A stretch of 64,000 nt of DNA from a phage, in the sequence record OZ335964.1, one strand, 5' to 3'. The translations under genes and the position numbers were made by a program. A model generated the notes under the pieces. It worked only from the letters and a program-made list of their open reading frames with translations, was not told the origin of the DNA and searched no databases. Below are positions 62,192-64,000 of the stretch, piece after piece (within the stretch, counting starts at the first letter, position 1; the number at the start of each line of letters is the position of its first letter).

Positions 62192-63004
62192 TCAATCTAC
62201 GTTAGTTACATAAACTTCTTGTGTATCAGAAGACTTGCCTCCTGAACGATCTAGGCAATAGGTCTTATTCAACAGGACGCAGTTTAGATCATTCCTCTTG
62301 ATAAAGTCAAGAAGATGATCATTTACCTTTCCCTTATGATGCGTGACATTACTGATACCAAACTGAAAACCACGCACCATAATAGATTCCACCCACTGAT
62401 AGAATTTAATCTCTTCCTCGTCACTCCAGAACTTATTATATTCCGCAGAAGTGATAAGGTACGGCGGGTCCAAATAAACGAAATCGCCTGGCAAGATCTC
62501 GATCTCGTCATATCGTCCAGAAGTAAAATTGATTCGACCGTCTTTGTTTTCTTCTTTAAAATTCAGGACACGCTCTACCGCGTTTTCGTTAAAAGTCCGG
62601 CGACCAAAATTAGCATTAAATTCGCCCTTCCGGTTATGTCGGTTAATGTTGCTAAAACTATGCTGAATCAACACAAACAGCGATAGCGGATCTGGATTCT
62701 CGTTATACTTCTTACGGAATGTCATGTAAGCGTCTTTATCTTCGCGAGACAAACCATTCTCGGCAATAATCCGCTTGATCGTAGAAACCGGATCAGGACA
62801 CTCGTCAATGGCCTTGTAAGCGTCAATTAAACGATGGTCGTAGTCATTAGCCAGCACATCACCTTCGACGTACAGAGACACGCTCAAGCCACCACAAAAG
62901 GCATCGACAAAGCGGTTATAGTGCTTAGGGAAATACTTACTAACACCAGGCAATAACTTTTCCTTATTGCCCGTATAGGGAATTAAACCTAATGCTTTCT
63001 TCAT
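62192..63004 (-). CDS. dam: DNA adenine methyltransferase (Dam-like, N6-A MTase)
   Basis: SAM motif FVDAFCGGLSV and catalytic DPPY (VYLDPPYL); 270 aa. Confidence 0.85.
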   Translation of the reverse strand: MKKALGLIPYTGNKEKLLPGVSKYFPKHYNRFVDAFCGGLSVSLYVEGDVLANDYDHRLIDAYKAIDECPDPVSTIKRIIAENGLSREDKDAYMTFRKKYNENPDPLSLFVLIQHSFSNINRHNRKGEFNANFGRRTFNENAVERVLNFKEENKDGRINFTSGRYDEIEILPGDFVYLDPPYLITSAEYNKFWSDEEEIKFYQWVESIMVRGFQFGISNVTHHKGKVNDHLLDFIKRNDLNCVLLNKTYCLDRSGGKSSDTQEVYVTNVD

Positions 63005-63435
63005 TATCCCTTCCTCAAATACGTTCGCTCAATCTCTACCAGTTCGAAAAATTCTTGCCAACCGCAAGGAAAATTGCAGTTTCCAAAATGATCCTCTTTG
63101 TAAAGTTCTTTACCGGATGGCAGCTTAATATCTGTTACGCTGTAGTATCCGCAACAATCGCAATCACCCTCTGTATATTCTGTTTTAGTCGGAATATCCA
63201 TCATTGCCAGATACAAAGGTACATCGTCTTGCTCAAAGTTCATGTAACCTTCATGGTCAAACGAAACAAAATTGTCATCACCGCCGAAAGGGATATAATG
63301 GTCATAATCGGTTACAGGTTGACCGTGTAATTCCCATTCTACAATTTTAACATTACCGCTAAAATTGATACCCATAATTTCAACAAGAAAATGAGTATCG
63401 TCAATGTAAATCTTACTAGGAGTTGGATAAACCAT
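63004..63435 (-). CDS. hypothetical Cys-rich protein (143 aa)
   Basis: GAGGATT SD; EGDCDCCGYY ... GNCNFPCGW cysteine clusters. Confidence 0.5.
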   Translation of the reverse strand: MVYPTPSKIYIDDTHFLVEIMGINFSGNVKIVEWELHGQPVTDYDHYIPFGGDDNFVSFDHEGYMNFEQDDVPLYLAMMDIPTKTEYTEGDCDCCGYYSVTDIKLPSGKELYKEDHFGNCNFPCGWQEFFELVEIERTYLRKG

Positions 63436-63445
63436 TATATAATCC

Positions 63446-63739
63446 TCATATCTCAGAGAATAGAATCTCTGTTAATCGCACTGACTGCTCTCTGAATGTT
63501 AGCGTATACTCGAAAGGAAAGTCAACACCTAATTTCAGAAGAGAATAGCCTACCGCCTCTTTATGCTTATCTGTTAGGGCAATCCTAACCAATTCCCGTT
63601 GAATCTCTTTAGGCGGTGAATGGATAGTAACACGGGTATCATGTAATGTCCAGTCACCATTTCGAATTAAGATTAACGGTTTATCATCATTGAAGATCAC
63701 CGACCCCTTTCCGGTCGGTGAGTGTTTTATACTAATCAT
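63446..63739 (-). CDS. hypothetical protein (97 aa)
   Basis: Track ORF starts at TTG; ATG is M2. Confidence 0.45.
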   Translation of the reverse strand: MISIKHSPTGKGSVIFNDDKPLILIRNGDWTLHDTRVTIHSPPKEIQRELVRIALTDKHKEAVGYSLLKLGVDFPFEYTLTFREQSVRLTEILFSEI

Positions 63740-63953
63740 CAAATTCTAAGAAATATTCTGGAACGATATAACCGTTAAAGTCATTGCACTTATAAAAATG
63801 TGGTGCATTTAATGCTGGATGAGCATTAGTAAAGAGTTTACCCTCTAGAAACAGAATGTAATTAATAGGTCTAATACCGACAGAATCAGGATCTAATCCC
63901 TTTTCTCTCAGTTCAGCCAGCGTTAAAACTCGTCCAGATCGTAACTTAGCCAT
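63732..63953 (-). CDS. hypothetical protein (73 aa)
   Basis: Track ORF; the stop of a further upstream minus-strand gene lies at about 63957, suggesting continued tight packing to the window end. Confidence 0.45.
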   Translation of the reverse strand: MAKLRSGRVLTLAELREKGLDPDSVGIRPINYILFLEGKLFTNAHPALNAPHFYKCNDFNGYIVPEYFLEFDD

Positions 63954-64000
63954 GATTTACCCCAAATTCATCAAGATTGTGTCGCAGCATTTCAGAGTAT

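Noticed and set aside
1-64000. tRNA or other structured RNA genes
   Set aside because: By-eye scan found no T-loop-like GGTTCGAATCC-type motif or cloverleaf candidate in the intergenic regions; not excluded without a tRNA scan.

Overview
This window is a gene-dense segment of a T4-related (Tevenvirinae-like) myophage genome; all calls are by eye from the sequence and ORF track, with no database search. Plus strand, 1.7-12 kb: the late long-tail-fibre module gp34-gp35-gp36-gp37 followed by holin t, with TATAAATA late promoters and intrinsic terminators. Minus strand, 12-64 kb: the early/middle replication, recombination and nucleotide-metabolism block in T4 gene order (gp52, rIIB, rIIA, fused topo II large subunit, dexA, dda, gp56, gp61, gp41, uvsX, split gp43, regA, gp62/gp44, gp45, gp46, gp47, gp55, nrdH-like, nrdG, nrdD, endo VII, nrdC, dam), interspersed with about 50 small hypothetical ORFs. 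Notable extras are four HNH homing-endonuclease genes (one splitting the DNA polymerase gene), a recurring promoter/stem-loop cassette upstream of at least nine early genes, a secreted LprI-like protein, a paralogous multigene family around nrdG/nrdD, a four-gene insertion between genes 47 and 46, and an unassigned P-loop NTPase. No rRNA, tRNA or CRISPR array was recognised. Many track ORF starts were moved to an internal ATG with a Shine-Dalgarno (SD) sequence; functional calls on small ORFs are tentative.
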